Positions 12,299-27,600 of a stretch of DNA of 64,000 bases are shown here, piece by piece (the first letter of the stretch is position 1; the number at the start of each line of letters is the position of its first letter). The stretch lies in NCBI RefSeq assembly GCF_026210795.1, contig NC_089433.1, positions 2,294,001 through 2,358,000 on the forward strand. The letters run 5' to 3'. Source of the stretch: Rhizophagus irregularis. Taxonomy: Eukaryota. The translations under genes and the position numbers were made by a program. Under the pieces are notes generated by a model. The model had not been told where the DNA came from. It made no database searches and was given only the letters and a program-made list of their open reading frames with translations.

Positions 12299-15200
12299 AT
12301 GAAAGACAACACAATATCTAAGGAACTTAATTCTGGAGATGGGAAAAATCGTTATAAAGTAATTTATTTTTCATTAATCAACCATTTATGTAAATATAAT
12401 CTAATTTATTAAAATTTATTACAGTATCAACCTTTTAACGTGCGCGTAAAAAGTATCAAAATTGATATATCCCGCCGTGATAAAAATACTCAAGAAGACT
12501 CAGAGGTAACTAAATGCTTGTCTCGTTCTTTACTAATTCAATTAACTAACAATTTTCATAAATAATGTTCGAAATATTAATTAATTGAACAAGGATCTTG
12601 GTTCATTTTTTCAAGAATCATTGGAATCATGGAAAGAATTTAATTTGACAAGACATTTTGCAATTTTTGTTCACGAGGTGTCAGAATATTGTCAATCATT
12701 ACCTCAATTGTTATATCATAAAGAAAAGATTGTTGAGATTCTGGAGAGAAATCTTAAAGTTGAAGATAGTTTGGCATTGGAACCTTTATTAGAGTTAGTA
12801 ACTAAAAATCTATTAAATTATAATGAACTATTCAAATAATAATCTATTTCTGTTATTGATTCTTAGTTTAGTAACAAAACTTGCTAGGGATCTTGAAATT
12901 GAATTTTACTCGTATTTTGAACGAATATTTGCATGCATCATTCCTTTAACAAAGCATCGAGACATTAAAACTTTGGAAGTATGTATGATATGTTTAATAG
13001 TATTAAGAACTATTCTTTGACTTATATTTTTTTCTTCTCTTTTCATATTTAGTGCACTTTCAATTGCATTGCTTATTTATTTAAATATCTAATAAAACAA
13101 ATTATTAATGATCTATGTCCAACATACCGGTAAAACATCCTATTATAACTATGCTATTTTCTTTAACCTATTTGTTAATCATTTATTTAATTTGTAACAA
13201 AGCCTTATAGCTCCATTGCTTGGCAAAGAGTACCAGAAACCTTATATTCAACGGTTTGCTGCCGAATCGTTTGCATTTCTTTTACGCAAAGCTCGAGGAA
13301 ATAACCTTACAGAGATCATTAATTACATTATCGCTTCAATTTACGAATCTCCGTCAGAAATTTATTGCAGAGGGTTGAGCATGTTATTTAGTGAGGCTGC
13401 TAAAGTATATATATATTTACTATGTTATTTATCTATTTTTAAGTATTAATTTTATATAAATGTCATTTGTATAACCAAAGGCTTCCGAAAACAAACTTCA
13501 TCCGAGGGGATCAATATTATTAAAAGAATTATTATACACCTCGTATTCAAAATGTGAGAAAATCAATGAAATTGGTATGATATGTTCCGACTCAATTATT
13601 ATATAATAATCAAAATATGCATACTTTATTAATTGGTAATTGTTTCTTAAAAATATAATAGAAACATCTCCGTGTTATCATATTCTTAAAGAAACCACAA
13701 TTGCACTTCTTCATTATATCAAATGCGAGAATTTTGGTCTAATATTGGATTTGTATTTGCGGGAAATTGAAAACGAGATTCGTGATAATTTGAGTAAACT
13801 CGATCTAAATGAAAGTGATTCAATATCAGAGACTTCCGTATTAAAAATTGGATTGAATTTATCTTTGATTTATATATGTTTGGCTGTTCGGAAAGGAGAT
13901 CGAATTAATGGTAAGAATATGAAAATTAAATAAGATTTAATTTATCGCAAATTAATTTATATATTATTCGTACTAGATTTCAAACGTATTTTCAAGGTTG
14001 CGCAAATTATAGCTCCATATATATTTGTACCAGAATTATCTTTTCTTCGACAGTATTTTTTCAAAATGTGTGCTCCTTTGATCACATTGGCCAATCTAGA
14101 TGATATTCTTGTTGGCGGAAAAGTCATCTTGGATAAAATATTCGAGTATAATGTATGTCAAAGTTGAGATTACATTTATTTGTGTTTTATTGAAATCTAA
14201 TATTTTAATAATCTACAGGATGTTGACCTTGTATTATCATTCTCATTAAATCTATCAAATTTAAACTGGGAAGATTTTACTAAAATTATGCTTCCATACA
14301 TTATAAGGTAATCATTTAATGATTTGCCTGCTTTTAGTTTATATCTTTTATTTATGTCGCTTCCTTTTAGGTTTTCTACAACGCACTGGGAAATAAATAG
14401 TACGAAATTGATCCTCTTTTGCGCCAATTTATTTTCAACGAATACTATCTCAATCTCTTCTGGGACTATTTCTTCATTTGTTACGAAAGATGGATTAATA
14501 AAATTTCCTAATATACAAAGGAAATCTGAAGAATCGAAATCTATAACGCATCTGAGCATTATAGATGGATTAATAGATATATTTAAGCAGGACCGCGATT
14601 GGTTTTCAGATGCACAAAAATTAAGTTGGATTTACTTAAATGAGGTAATTTTTTTTAGTCGAATAGTATATATGATAACCTTTATTAATTTTTAATATAA
14701 TATTCAAATTTTTTTAGGAGTTCAGTTTTAATTCAGGGATAACTTTAGTTTCAGCTGCTCTTACTGTTATACCTCACTTGTTGACACAAACTGATTCAGT
14801 TATTGTTTCATTATCTTCATTAATAAAATCATTGTCACACTGTTTACAGTCATCTAAAATTCAAATTTCACCGCTTACAAGGAGACCGTTTATTGATGGA
14901 TCACCGCTTTTCTTGATACAAAATTTATTGGGCCAAGCAATTGAAACAATAACAATATTTGTGCGAACAAATTGTGGAAATGACGAAAATGGATTTATGT
15001 TCGAATTATGGAGTTTGATTGTTGATGAGATCTTGATTCAATATGGAACAAACGAAATGATTTTGAGAGGAATTGCAGGATATATGGAACATATGAAATC
15101 ATGGTATAACTTTACTATAATTATAAAGTTTTTTTATATTTCAATATCTTGACTTTTCTTATTTCATTGTAGCTATAAACGTGGTGATCTATTTAGTACA

Positions 15201-18200
15201 AACAATCTTAAAAAAATTTATCCTTATCTAAAGTCAAATTTTAGTTCATTTAAACACCGTCGTCGATTGTATTCATTTATGATTCTTAAACTTTTTGATC
15301 AATTTTATCTCCGATCTGAGGAGAAATTTAATGATAAAGAACCTTGCGAGATTTTTGCAATAGCTTTAAAAGTTGAGGAAATAAGTACAACAATATCAAC
15401 ATATCGTGAAAAAGCGATGCATCTACGGAAATTGAATGCTTTAATATCTTCAAAACGTGTACCCGAATTTTATTCTGAAGTTGTACCACTGTACTGTTTT
15501 GGTAAGTATTTATTAATTAATTTAATTTTATATTAATTAATCAAATATTTTAATTTTGAACCATTTCTGTCCTAGGTTTATTGACTATAAATTTTAGTGC
15601 TATATGGACGGATGCGATAAATGCCCTAGTAAATTTTTCACAAGTTGATTCTCATACATTTTGGAATTTGATTTATAACGAACTTTCGCGATTTGAGGAA
15701 GAATCGAAATTAGCAGAAAATGGATTCTCGAAATATACTCTTGAAGCGTATTTTGACAAATTAGATAAAACGTTGATTTCTTCAAAGATTAATGATAAAT
15801 CTTTCGAATGTCCCTACTTAAATAAATTTAATAAAGTAGCTAACGAGTCATTCAAGTTCTTTGAAAATAATGGTCAACCCAGTTTATTAATGCATTACAT
15901 TTTGGTGAATGAGAGCATTATTTTTTTAAAAATTTTGATTCAACATTCTTTGTTATTAATTTGGAAAGTGATTAATTTTTTTTTTTGATAGACGTGCGAT
16001 CCCCAAAACGAAAGGCTAGATTATTGGAATTATCATGGACTTCTTATAAAGACTCTTATTGAAGTACCACATATTGCCGAACAGCATTCTAAACAATTTG
16101 TTCCCTTCTTCCTTAATTCTGAATATGATGAGGAATTATCGAATAAAATGGATATCGATGAACAAATTCTAGAGGAAAAGCTGCAAGTATTAGGAAGTAA
16201 ATCCGAGAACGTTATAGAAGAAGTAAAAGAGGAAAGAATAATTATTCTTGAACCGTCTTCCAAGATAATAAAAACCAAAATGTCGCTTTTCTTAAAACTT
16301 TTTTCTAAATTTAAAAATCCTCGATCAGTTTATAAGTCAACTGAATTGCAAAATATTTACCTAGACTTGTTGACTATTGGAGATACCAAAACTCAAGCTC
16401 TTGCCTTGGAATGTCTTTTTACTTGGAAATATAAGGGGGTTACTCCTTATGAAGACAATCTCCGTAATTTTGTTAATGAGGTTAAATTTCGGGATGAGTT
16501 ATCAACCTTTTCTTTAAATAAGGAAAATGGTTCCATAGAATTCTCACATAGAGCTGAATTAATGCCTATTGTTATTCGACTTTTATATGGTCGAATGATA
16601 TCAAGAAAAGGTAAATCATCATCAAGTTCTGGAATGGGAACTCGTAGAGTTGCAGTATTGGCTGCTTTAGTAAATTGTTTAGAATCCGAATTAAAACTTT
16701 TGGTGGATTTACTACTTGGCCCTTTTACCATCATTCGTAACTTACCAGGCGTAGTTGATAATGAGTTTCAGTTCGAACCAGATTTAGAAGTATGCAAGTT
16801 TGTGACATACCGAAAACAACTTGGATATTTGAACTTTTTAGAAGATATGCTAAAACAATTAGGATTTTATCTATTGCCATTCATTCCTGATATGTTTAAA
16901 GTTGTTTTGTATATTGTTCATGATACTCAAAGAAAATTGATATCACAAGATCAGCGTCAAAACATTTCATCAGATGATAATGATAGGGAGAACGATAACG
17001 TTGAAATGAAAATCGAGGAAAATAAAGAAAATAGTCAGAAATTAAAAGTTATCAGACAATTAGGGCTGAAAAGAATAGTTGGATTTTTCAAAATTCGTAC
17101 AAGTTTTGACTATCAACCTTATATTAATTCTATGTTCAAATCCTTCTTGTCAATTAAAGTTCCCAAATTGGATATTGAAAGTACGCAAGCACCTTCAGCA
17201 ATAATGGAATTATTTGCTGTATGGGCCTTGCGTAAAGAGTACGTGCTATTCTTGGTCAATTACAATAAGGATGTTTTGCCTAAAATTTTTGCGTGTTTGT
17301 CTGCGAAAAAAGTTTGTGAGCACGTAATTTCAAAAGTTTTGGATATCGCTGATAGTATCTTAAAATTATGTGGAAATGAAATGGATATTGATGATGAAAT
17401 CCAAAAGGATGAAAACTCTTTAAAAAATCGAGTCCTAAGACCATATGTTTCATCATTACTAGATAATCTTGAATATGTGTTGTTGCAATCTAGCGAATCT
17501 ACTTCTTTTGGAAAAGATTACTTTTCTAAACGTGAAATTGCAATATTATCTCAGATTGCAGGTTTTATTGAAAATGGTGATCAAGCAAAAAAATTGGTTG
17601 ATTTACTTCTTCCATACCTTCGAAAGCGTTCACAAGTTGTTTCGGAAAAGACCAAAGCGGATATCTTACATATTGTTGCAAATTTCTTACATGTTATTCC
17701 AGGATTTCAACTTCGCAACGAATTGTTTTATAAATATTACAACTATATATCGTATGAATTTTCAACACTTCATTCCAGGGATTGTCGTTTATTTTTGGCA
17801 AAAATATATACTGAATTTTCCAAATATGATGAATCTTTGAAAGAAGTTGCTTCTATAATTGAAGATCTTAATGCGTTTTCAACAAAAAGGTTGGATGAAC
17901 CGGATTTTGATAGACGGTTAGATGCATTTAACCGAATTAATCAAAACTTGTATAAGAAATTTGACGCAGTACAATGGCTGCCAATATTATTTAATTGCTT
18001 ATTCTTTATTCAAGATCCGGAAGAGCTTTCAATCCGAAATAATTCGTCTTTTTGTATTATGAGATTTATTGATCGTGTAAAGGAAAATACTCAAATTCAA
18101 GAGGATTATCAAAACCTTTTGATTAAAGTCATTATCCCAGCAATCAAAAGAGGAATGAGAATGTCTTTAGAAATGGTACGGATAGAATTTCTTACAATTT

Positions 18201-21200
18201 TATCATATGCAATGAAGAAATGTCCGACAATAGCTCAATTTTCTGATATGGTCTGTTTGTTATTTGATGATGATGAGGCTAATTTTTTCAATAACATTCA
18301 TCACATTCAAATTCATCGTCGTATCCGTGCACTTAAAAGATTCTCTAATGAGTGTGCAAATGGGAAAATAAAGAGTAACAATTTAGCACAGATATTTATG
18401 CCACTTATTGGTCATTTTATTTTCGAGGCAGATAGAGTGGCCGACCATTTATTAATTAATGAGACTATTTCAACCATTGGGATTATTGCGGGCCAACTTC
18501 CCTGGGGTCAATACTATACTCTTTTAAAACAATACATGAAGTTGATTCCTAAGAAACCTATGATAGAAAAGGTCTTGGTTCGAACTGTTATCTCTATATT
18601 GGACAATTTTCATTTTGACGTTTCAGAAGCCCAAATCTCCGAGACTCAAATAATAAGTTCGCAAGAACCTGCTATTCCAAATGAGCAATTAACAAAGGTA
18701 ATAGAGCGGAATGATTTGTGCAATGAGGAATCCGATAAAAACATAGTTGTTGATGATGAGGTTGATGAAAACATGAATATGTTAGTAGAAGAATCTGAGG
18801 AATCACACCTATCTAAAGGTGAACAGTTTAGCGATGAGGCAAAAATAAAATCTTTAGCAAATCGTATTCATGATAAAGTTGTTAATAATTTAATTCCTGA
18901 TCTTAAGCAATACCTAACTCAACATGATAATGAAAGTGTCATTATTCGTGTTCCAATCGCATTGGCAATTACCAAGCTTTTAAAAGCTTTGCCTGAGAAG
19001 TCACTTCGACTTAATTTACCTGGATTGCTTACTACTGTTTGTCAAATTTTAAGAAGTCGTCAGCAAGATGCTCGTGACACTACTAGAGATACTCTTAGTA
19101 AAATTTCAACTTTTCTTGGACCTTTATACTTTTCTTTTATAGTAAAGGAACTACGAGGTGCACTCACACGAGGATATCAGTTACATATTCTTGGATTTAC
19201 AGTGCATACTCTTTTGGCCAATTTGGTACCAAATTTACAAGTTGGTGATCTCGATTATTGCCTTCAACATATAACTAAAATTATCGTAAATGATATATTT
19301 GGTAATGTTGGAGAAGAAAAAGATGCGGAGGAGATTACTGGAAAAATCAAGGAAATGAAATCCACTAAAAGTTTTGGAACGTTCGAACTTCTTGCCAAAA
19401 TTATTGAATTTAAGAACATTGGTATCTTGCTTGTACCACTTAAAGAGATTATGCGTGAAACACAAAATCCACAAGTCTTACGCAAGATTGATGAAATATT
19501 ACGGAAAATATCAGTTGGTTTGAATTCCAATCCACAATTCGACATCAAAGAAATGGTAACTTTTTGTCAAGGACTTATTTTACAAAATCTCAACATGTTA
19601 AAGTCGGAAAAAAAACTTAAGCCTAATAAAAGTGATATGGAGGCGAACTTTACAATTCAGCTCAAGCGAGATATTTCAGAGCCCGTGGATTATTATGACG
19701 CAAACTCTTATCGATTTGTGGAATTTGGTTTAACAATACTTTTGGCAGCATTAAAACGTGATAAATTTGATACCAAATCCGAGGAACAACTTAAATTATT
19801 GGAACCGTTTGTTAATACAATTGGAAATGCGTTATATTCAAAACATTTAAATATCAATATACTTTCGTTAAAGATTATGTGCATAATTTGCAAACTTAAA
19901 CTAAAATCTTTAGACAATGCTTTACCTGTAATTGTAAAGCAGACTTTTTCATTAATAAGGACTTCAAATACCACTAATTCTGAATTGGTCCAAGCGTGTT
20001 TCAAATTACTTACCGTTATAATTCGCGATTGTAAGCATGTTGATTTCAAGGAAAGTCAATTAACTTTACTCATTAATCTTATCCGTCCTGATCTTGAGGA
20101 ACCTCAACGTCAAGGAACGACATTCTCATTGATACGTGCTATCGTATCGCGTAAATTTGTAGTTCCTGAAATGTACGATTTAATGCAAACTGTTGCCGAA
20201 ATAATGGTTACTAGTCAAACAGATTTAACGCGTGATTTATCGAGACAACTTCTACTTCAGTTTTTATTGGATTATCCTCAAGGACGCGGTCGATTGAAGA
20301 ATCAATTGAATTTTTTGATCAAAAATATGAATTATATATTCGAAAGTGGACGACAATCAGTAATGGAAATGTTGAATTTAATGTTTGCCAAATTTAATGA
20401 TGATATTTTAATGGAATATGCAGAAATGTTTTTCTTATCATTAGTAATGTCATTAGTGAATGACGATTCAAATAAATGTAGAGAAATGGCTGGAGTATTA
20501 ATTAAAATTCTTTTGAATAGAATGGATGAAGTAAGACTTAGAAATGTATATGTCTTATTAAATAAGTGGTTTGAACAAAATGATAAAAGGAATTTACAGA
20601 GAATGGCAGTACAAGTCTATGGTCTTGTAATTGAAGTCTTTGGTGATAAATTTAAAAAACATATACCTGAATTATTGGATATCTTGGAGAAAGCTTTAAA
20701 TATAAGTCAACAAGTTTCAGAACAATTAAACCAACATGCTAATGAAGATGATCTTATAACAACAATAGATAGTGTTGATTGGGAAATCGGATATTATACT
20801 CTTAACACTTTCATAAAATTAGTTAAAAATTTCCCTTCAGTTCTTTATTCGGATAAATCAAAGAACATTTGGGTATTAATAGATCATCATTTACTTTTCC
20901 CTCATAGCTGGATAAGACTTTCAACATGCAGATTGTTAGGGTTGTATTTTTCAAATATTAATCCCGAGACTAAGATTATTAGTGTAATCAATGAACGTAA
21001 TGAATATTTATCAAAATCGGTGTTGAAAAAACTAGCAAATAAATTTTGTATTCAATTAAAGAGCGAACATTTAGGATCAGAACTTGCAACACAGATTGTA
21101 AAGAATTTATTTTTTATAGGAAAAAATCTTTACTATTTAACTTCTGATGAAGAGAATACATTAGAAGATGATGTCGAAGATGAGAATAATGATCAAGACA

Positions 21201-21977
21201 AAGAAGAGAACTATGAAATGAACGGCAATAATGAAGATGAAAAAAAACAAAATAAAATCAAAGCAAATCATTTGTTGATTTGGTTATTTAAGAAATTATC
21301 ATATCAAGCTAGATTTGCCCCAATTAAAAGAGAAGACAATGATTTACAGGTATGCTCATTTGGGTCATAAAATGTATTTTGGGCTTGAATGCGTTAATAA
21401 TTTTTGATCTATAAAATAGCGCACAAGCATATATCAATGGATTGCAGCAATGACAACATTTATCCCCTCATCAGACTTGATACCTTATCTTATATTCATA
21501 ATTTCTCCTATTTACCGATTCGTTAATGATGAAACCATTAAAGGAAAAGAAATTGGTAAATTTGTTTTACGATTTACTTACGTCCTTCGTCTTTTTTTTT
21601 TTTCGTTAGTAACTAACTTTATTAATATTAAATAGATGGTGTTAAACAACTCGGTAAAGAAATACTTGATCTAGTACAAGAACGCGTCGGTACAACACAA
21701 TTTCACATATCATATAATAAAATTAGACAACAAGTTTTGGAAGTTAGAAGAGAGCGTAAACATAAAAAAACAATTATGGTAAGGAAATATATTCTTTCTT
21801 TTGTACAATAATAATAAATAATTGATTTATCAATATCAAATTCATTTTTTATAGGCTCTTGTTGATCCAGAATCTGCAGCCAAACGTAAAATCCAAAAGA
21901 ATGAAATGAAAAAACAAAACCGTAAAAGAAAGAATGCAAAATTAAATGATTTAGCAAAGAAACGACGTATTTCATAG
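12299..21977 (+). CDS. UTP20: U3 snoRNP / SSU processome component Utp20 (HEAT-repeat protein; multi-exon with one ~5.3-kb exon)
   Basis: N-terminal SFFQESLESWKEFNLTRHF...CQSLPQLLYHKEKI; internal LDEPDFDRRL, HIQIHRRIRAL, LTRGYQLHILGFTVH and QFLLDYPQG motifs; basic C-terminus ending at TAG 21975-21977. Confidence 0.95.
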
Positions 21978-22132
21978 CTTTTAGATATATTTTTAATTAC
22001 CTATTATGTGTATGCTTAATAACAATAAAAAAAAAGTACATTATTAGATCATGTAACGTAGTACATCATATACGATATAATTAACCGTGGGAATGATTAT
22101 GATAGTAGTTATATTTTTTAATTTAGTTCATA

Positions 22133-24666
22133 ATGTCCACCTCAATTCCATTAAAACCAGTAGAGTTGTGGAGACCAAAAGATATTTCTAATACTGAAAT
22201 TGAAAATTTTCGTATTAAAGTCAATAAAAAGTATAATATTAATCTAGGTACTATTTTGATACTTAAAATTTCATGTATGACAATGTCAAACGCGTTAGTA
22301 ATTTATATAATTTTTTTTAAAAAAATTAAAACATATAGAGAATTATCAACAATTGTGGCAATGGTCGGTTGATAATATTCAAGAATTTTGGGCAGAAGTA
22401 TGGGATTATACGAAATTAATTTATTCAGTCCCTTATCAACAGGTAAAGAGAAAATTTGATTCATTTAAATTTAATGTACGAGTACAATTTTAACAAGGTG
22501 ATTATGCCTAAAATTAAAGGTGTTAGAAGATAAACCAATGGATCGAATACCAGCATGGTTTTTAGGAGCAAAACTTAATTTTGCAGAAAATTTGTTATGG
22601 TGTAGAGATAAAAACAGAGTAGCATTAATTTCAACAGGTACAATCGATTCATTTAATTATATTAATATTTATATTTTTGTAAAAAAAAAATACATCCCAA
22701 ATTCTTTCAATTTAACTTTATAAATCTAAAATTTGTAATTTTAAGGCGAGAAAAGATCACCGACAAGTATAACATATTATGAATTATATGTACTAGTAAA
22801 CAAATTATCAAGAGCCTTACGTAAAATAGGAGTATGTAAAGGAGATAGAGTAGGAGCATATATATCGAATTGTAGTGAAGCGATAATTGCAATGTTAGCA
22901 ACTACTAGTATAGGAGCAATTTGGAGTAGCACTTCAACAGACTTTGGAGTTACGGGAGTATTGGATAGATTTTGTCAAATTAGTCCTAAAATATTATTTT
23001 CGGTTAATTCCATAATATATAATGATAAAGAACATAATCATTTAGATAAATTAAAAATTGTTGTAGAAAAGTTGAAGAATGAAGGATTAGAAAAGGTTGT
23101 GATCATTCCTTTCGTGGGAAAAATTGGGGAAGAAATTCATGATATTCCATTAGCATCATCTTGGGACGAGTTTATTATTTCACAAGGAGAAGGTGCAGTA
23201 GAGGAGAAAATCCAATTTGAACAATTACCATTTGATCATCCAGTTTACATCCTATTCAGTTCAGGTACAACGGGAAAACCGAAATGTTTAGTACATAGAT
23301 CCGGATTATTATTACAACACAAAAAAGAACATATATTACATGGTAATATGAAAGAAGATGATGTATTCTTTTATTATACTACGACTGGATGGATGATGTG
23401 GAATTGGCTAGTTGCCGGATTAAGTGTTGGATCCAGTATTGTGTTGTATGATGGTAGTCCATTTAAGCCATCTCCATCCATACTTTGGGAATTAACTGAA
23501 AAATTAGGGTGAGTATTGGAAGAGAGAAAAATACAATTAATTTTTATTCAATAACTTTTTTTTTTAAAAAAAAAATCATATTTTTAGAATTACAATATTT
23601 GGTACTTCAGCAAAATATATACAAAGTTTAGAGGATGTAGAATACAAACCAAAACGACATCATAATTTAAATAAACTTCGTATGATATTATCGACAGGAT
23701 CACCTCTTAAACCAGAAAGTTTTGATTTTGTTTATAAAGAAATTAAAGATGATTTAGTATTGGGAAGCATTACAGGTGGTACTGATATTTGTTCATTATT
23801 TGCCGGACATAATGTCTCATTACCTGTTTATAGAGGTGAAATACAATGTATTTGTTTAGGTATGAAAGTTGAAGCTTGGAATGGTCAAGGTACGCTAATA
23901 TTTTTAACTATTGAATCTATCATGATAAAATTAGTAAGAAATTATTTTTTTTCTTTAGGTAATCCAGTATATGGACAATCAGCGGATTTAGTGTGTACGA
24001 AACCATTTCCATGTATGCCAATATATTTCTGGAATGATACACCTTCACGCGATCTATACCGATCAGCGTACTTATCGACATATAGTGGAGTATGGTATCA
24101 TGGAGATTTCATATTTATTAATCCTAATACAGGTGGAGTAATAATGTTAGGTAGAAGTGATGGAACATTAAATCCTGGTGGAGTAAGATTTGGTAGCGCA
24201 GAAATTTATAATATAATAGATGAATATTTTAGGAAAGATGGTATAATTGATAGTTTAGTTGTTGGACAAAAAACTAAGATGAATAATAATGAAAGTGAAC
24301 GAGTTGTATTATTTTTAAAAATGGGTTATAAACAAAAATATGATAAAGAATTAATAGAAAATATCAAGAAAAAAATTAAAGATCAATTAAGTCCCAGACA
24401 TGTTCCAACTTTTATTTTACCCATAGATGATATTCCAGTAAGTTCTATTTTTAAAAAATCCTTTTTTTTTTTTTAATAATAATTTTTTTTTTATTTATTT
24501 ATTTTTTTTTTTTCTTTAAAAAAAGTATACTATTAACGGTAAAAAAGTCGAACTTGCAGTAAAAAGAATTATTTCTGGTGAACCAGTCATTCCTTCTGGT
24601 ACTCTTGCTAACCCTGAAAGTCTTAAATTATATTATAATATACCTCAATTAAAATTAAAATTATAA
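22133..24666 (+). CDS. Acetoacetate-CoA ligase (acetoacetyl-CoA synthetase), multi-exon
   Basis: WFLGAKLNFAENLL; AMP-binding motif YILFSSGTTGKPK; YTTTGWMMWNW; SITGGTDICS; GRSDGTLNPGGVRFGSAEIY; YTINGKKVELAVK. Confidence 0.95.
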
Positions 24667-27600
24667 TTTAAGTACTAGATTTATGATTTTATTGATTTTA
24701 TGATAAATATCTAATATCTGAAATATGTAATATTATATTTTAAGAAAATCATGAGATTAATAATAATAATATAAACATATCAGTATATTTTACTAGTAAT
24801 AATTTTAAACCCCGAGTAAAATGTAAATTGATTTACTAAAGATGGTAGATAACTTAGTGTGAACTAAGTGTGTAAGGTATTATTGGTACTAATAATCAAC
24901 ACCTAATAATATTATATAATAAATATTTTGTTTTTAAATAACTAATTGAAGAATTCTAATTTAATTTTTTTACCAAATCATATTAATTAATAAACATTAT
25001 CTTACATATTTTTTTTTTACACGAGTAAAAAAAAAATAAAAATAAAAATAAATTAGGAATTTTATATAATAGTAACAAAACTATTTGATTTAAAAAAAAA
25101 ATATATATATATATTTATAAAAAGTAAACTCGAATCATAATTTTATTATTTGTTCGTTTTAAGTTTATCCTTTGGTTGATTAAAATAATCTTTTAAAACA
25201 TACATAATACTTAAATATAAAAGATATATTATTGTAATTGTATTGTTATTGATTTCATCCGACATAAACCGTTTGATTATTATCTCCTGGTTTCTTTTTG
25301 GTTCCGGTTGCGCATAATTAACGTATATAATGCATATCCTGATCTCTAACACATATAATGCATAACGCATAACGCATAACGCATAATGCATAATGCATTA
25401 CCGTATAAGGCATACAAGTGAAATTATATCAGTAATCATTGATTTTATTGATTTTGTTGATTTTATTGATTTTATTGATTTATTGGTCACGGAATGAATA
25501 TTTATTTATTGATCGCATTTTTTACGGAAAATTTAAAAATGAAATCATAAATATTATGCCTGAAATTTTAACCAAAATGATGATAGAAAATCATTGATAC
25601 CAAAAAAAGAATCAAAAATTACCAAGAGGATTTACAAAAAAAAGGATTTACTCAAGAGGATTTACCAGGAGGATTTACCAAGAGGCAAAAAAAAAAATCA
25701 TATGAAAATTTTTGTTTTTAAAATTAACCGAAAATCGGAATTCGGAATTCAAAATCGGGAATCGGAATTATGAATAATATGAATGGATACAAGAATTAAC
25801 CGATCATTTCATAATTTTTCCCCGAAAATCCCGAAAAGAAAAAAAAATTAAGAAAAAAACCTTTTTAAAAATCTTTTTTGAATGAACAATAAAGGGAAAT
25901 TTCTAAAAAGAAAAAAATCTAATAATAAATTAAAATAATAATAATAAATAATAATAATAAATAATAATAATAAATAATAAATTAATAATGAATAATAAAT
26001 TAATAATGAGATAAATAAAATAGATAGAACCAAAAAAAGTAAGTAAATGTTAATTAAAAAAAATTTTTTTTTTTTTTATGTATTTTTGATTCATGTAAAA
26101 AGTCGTTGTAAAAAAGTTGTTAAAAAAAAAAACCTTTTTTGAAATTTTTCATAATAATGATGCATATAATAATTACTTTTTGATCGAATAATTTATTATA
26201 TAGGTTATATAAGTTTCTATTTTGAAAAAAAATTTTTTTTTTTTAAATTTAAAAAAAAAAATATATTTTTAAACCTATTGAAAATATTTTTTTTAAAAAA
26301 GTATTCATTATAATGATAAATATGAAAATTTCTAGAAAAATATTATAGAAACCTATTTACTAAATAAAGGAATTCATTATACTCGTTAATTAATTAGATC
26401 GAATTTTTTTTAGATGATTAATTGATTAATTGATGAAACAATTAGAAAATATAAAAGTACTTTTAATTCAAAACTTTAGAAACATAAATCTCACATGTCA
26501 CAACTTCCTTATTCTATTTAAAAGTAAACAATTAAGATCAGATTCGCGTTATAGAATTGAAACGCGGTCTATTGTATTATTTCCATCTAATTTAATATTT
26601 ATTGACGCAAAGAAAAAAATTAGGAATAATTCAATGCATAATTTTATGAATTTTATGACGTAAGGAGAATGACGAATTCTTCACGAAATTGTTTTTTCAC
26701 GAATTCTTCATGAATTCTTTCACGTGATTTGAAAATTTTGAATTTTTAATAAAAATATCTTTATTCAAAAATAAAAATAAATTGATTTATTAATGATAAC
26801 CTTTAAAAGAATTAATTCATGTAAAAACTAATCAAATAAAAAGTGAACTTGTAACTTTAGAACAAAAAAAATTACTTAAAATGGATAATAATAATAATAA
26901 TAACAAAGGATCAAACACTTTAAAAAAAAAACTGACACAGGATCGACAAAAACCAGCCTCACATTTAGAAGTTGTCCTTTGTTTAATCCTTTTTTTACCT
27001 TGCATATTATATATTTCGTTAATGGTAATAAGATAGTAATGTTTACTTGATTTTGTTTCAGGATTTTTTAATAGAATAGAATTATTTTTAATAATTGTTT
27101 TTAATTGTTTTTAATAGAAATTTTTTTTTTTTAAAAAAAAAAAAATTCTATTTAAAAAAAAAAATAATAATTATTTCTTTTTATAACCAAAAAAATTTTT
27201 TCAATTATTATTATTATTTGAAACGTAATTTTTTTTTTTGGAGGCGTTAACATTCGACATTGACTATATTTTAGTTAACAGGTCGGCAAAAAAAAATCAA
27301 TTCTCATTCCTAATTGGTATACTATATATAAATTAGTGATTGTTTGTTAACAGATCTTTTTTTTTTTGATTATAATATGATTTACACATATTAAACGGTA
27401 GTAATAAAATACAATATCTCTATTGCATTATCTCGGTTATCAATATTTTTTTAAATATATATAAAAAAAAAATGGGGTCATCCCATATGATAGTTTAAAC
27501 CAAAAAAGTAAAAATTTAATTTATTTTTTTCTAAATTAGGATGAAAATACATGACATAAAACAATTATGATATTATTTATCTTGTTATAAAAGAAGTTGC

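Noticed and set aside
16033..20049. Several minus-strand and alternate-frame ORFs within UTP20
   Set aside because: Shadow ORFs of a long coding exon
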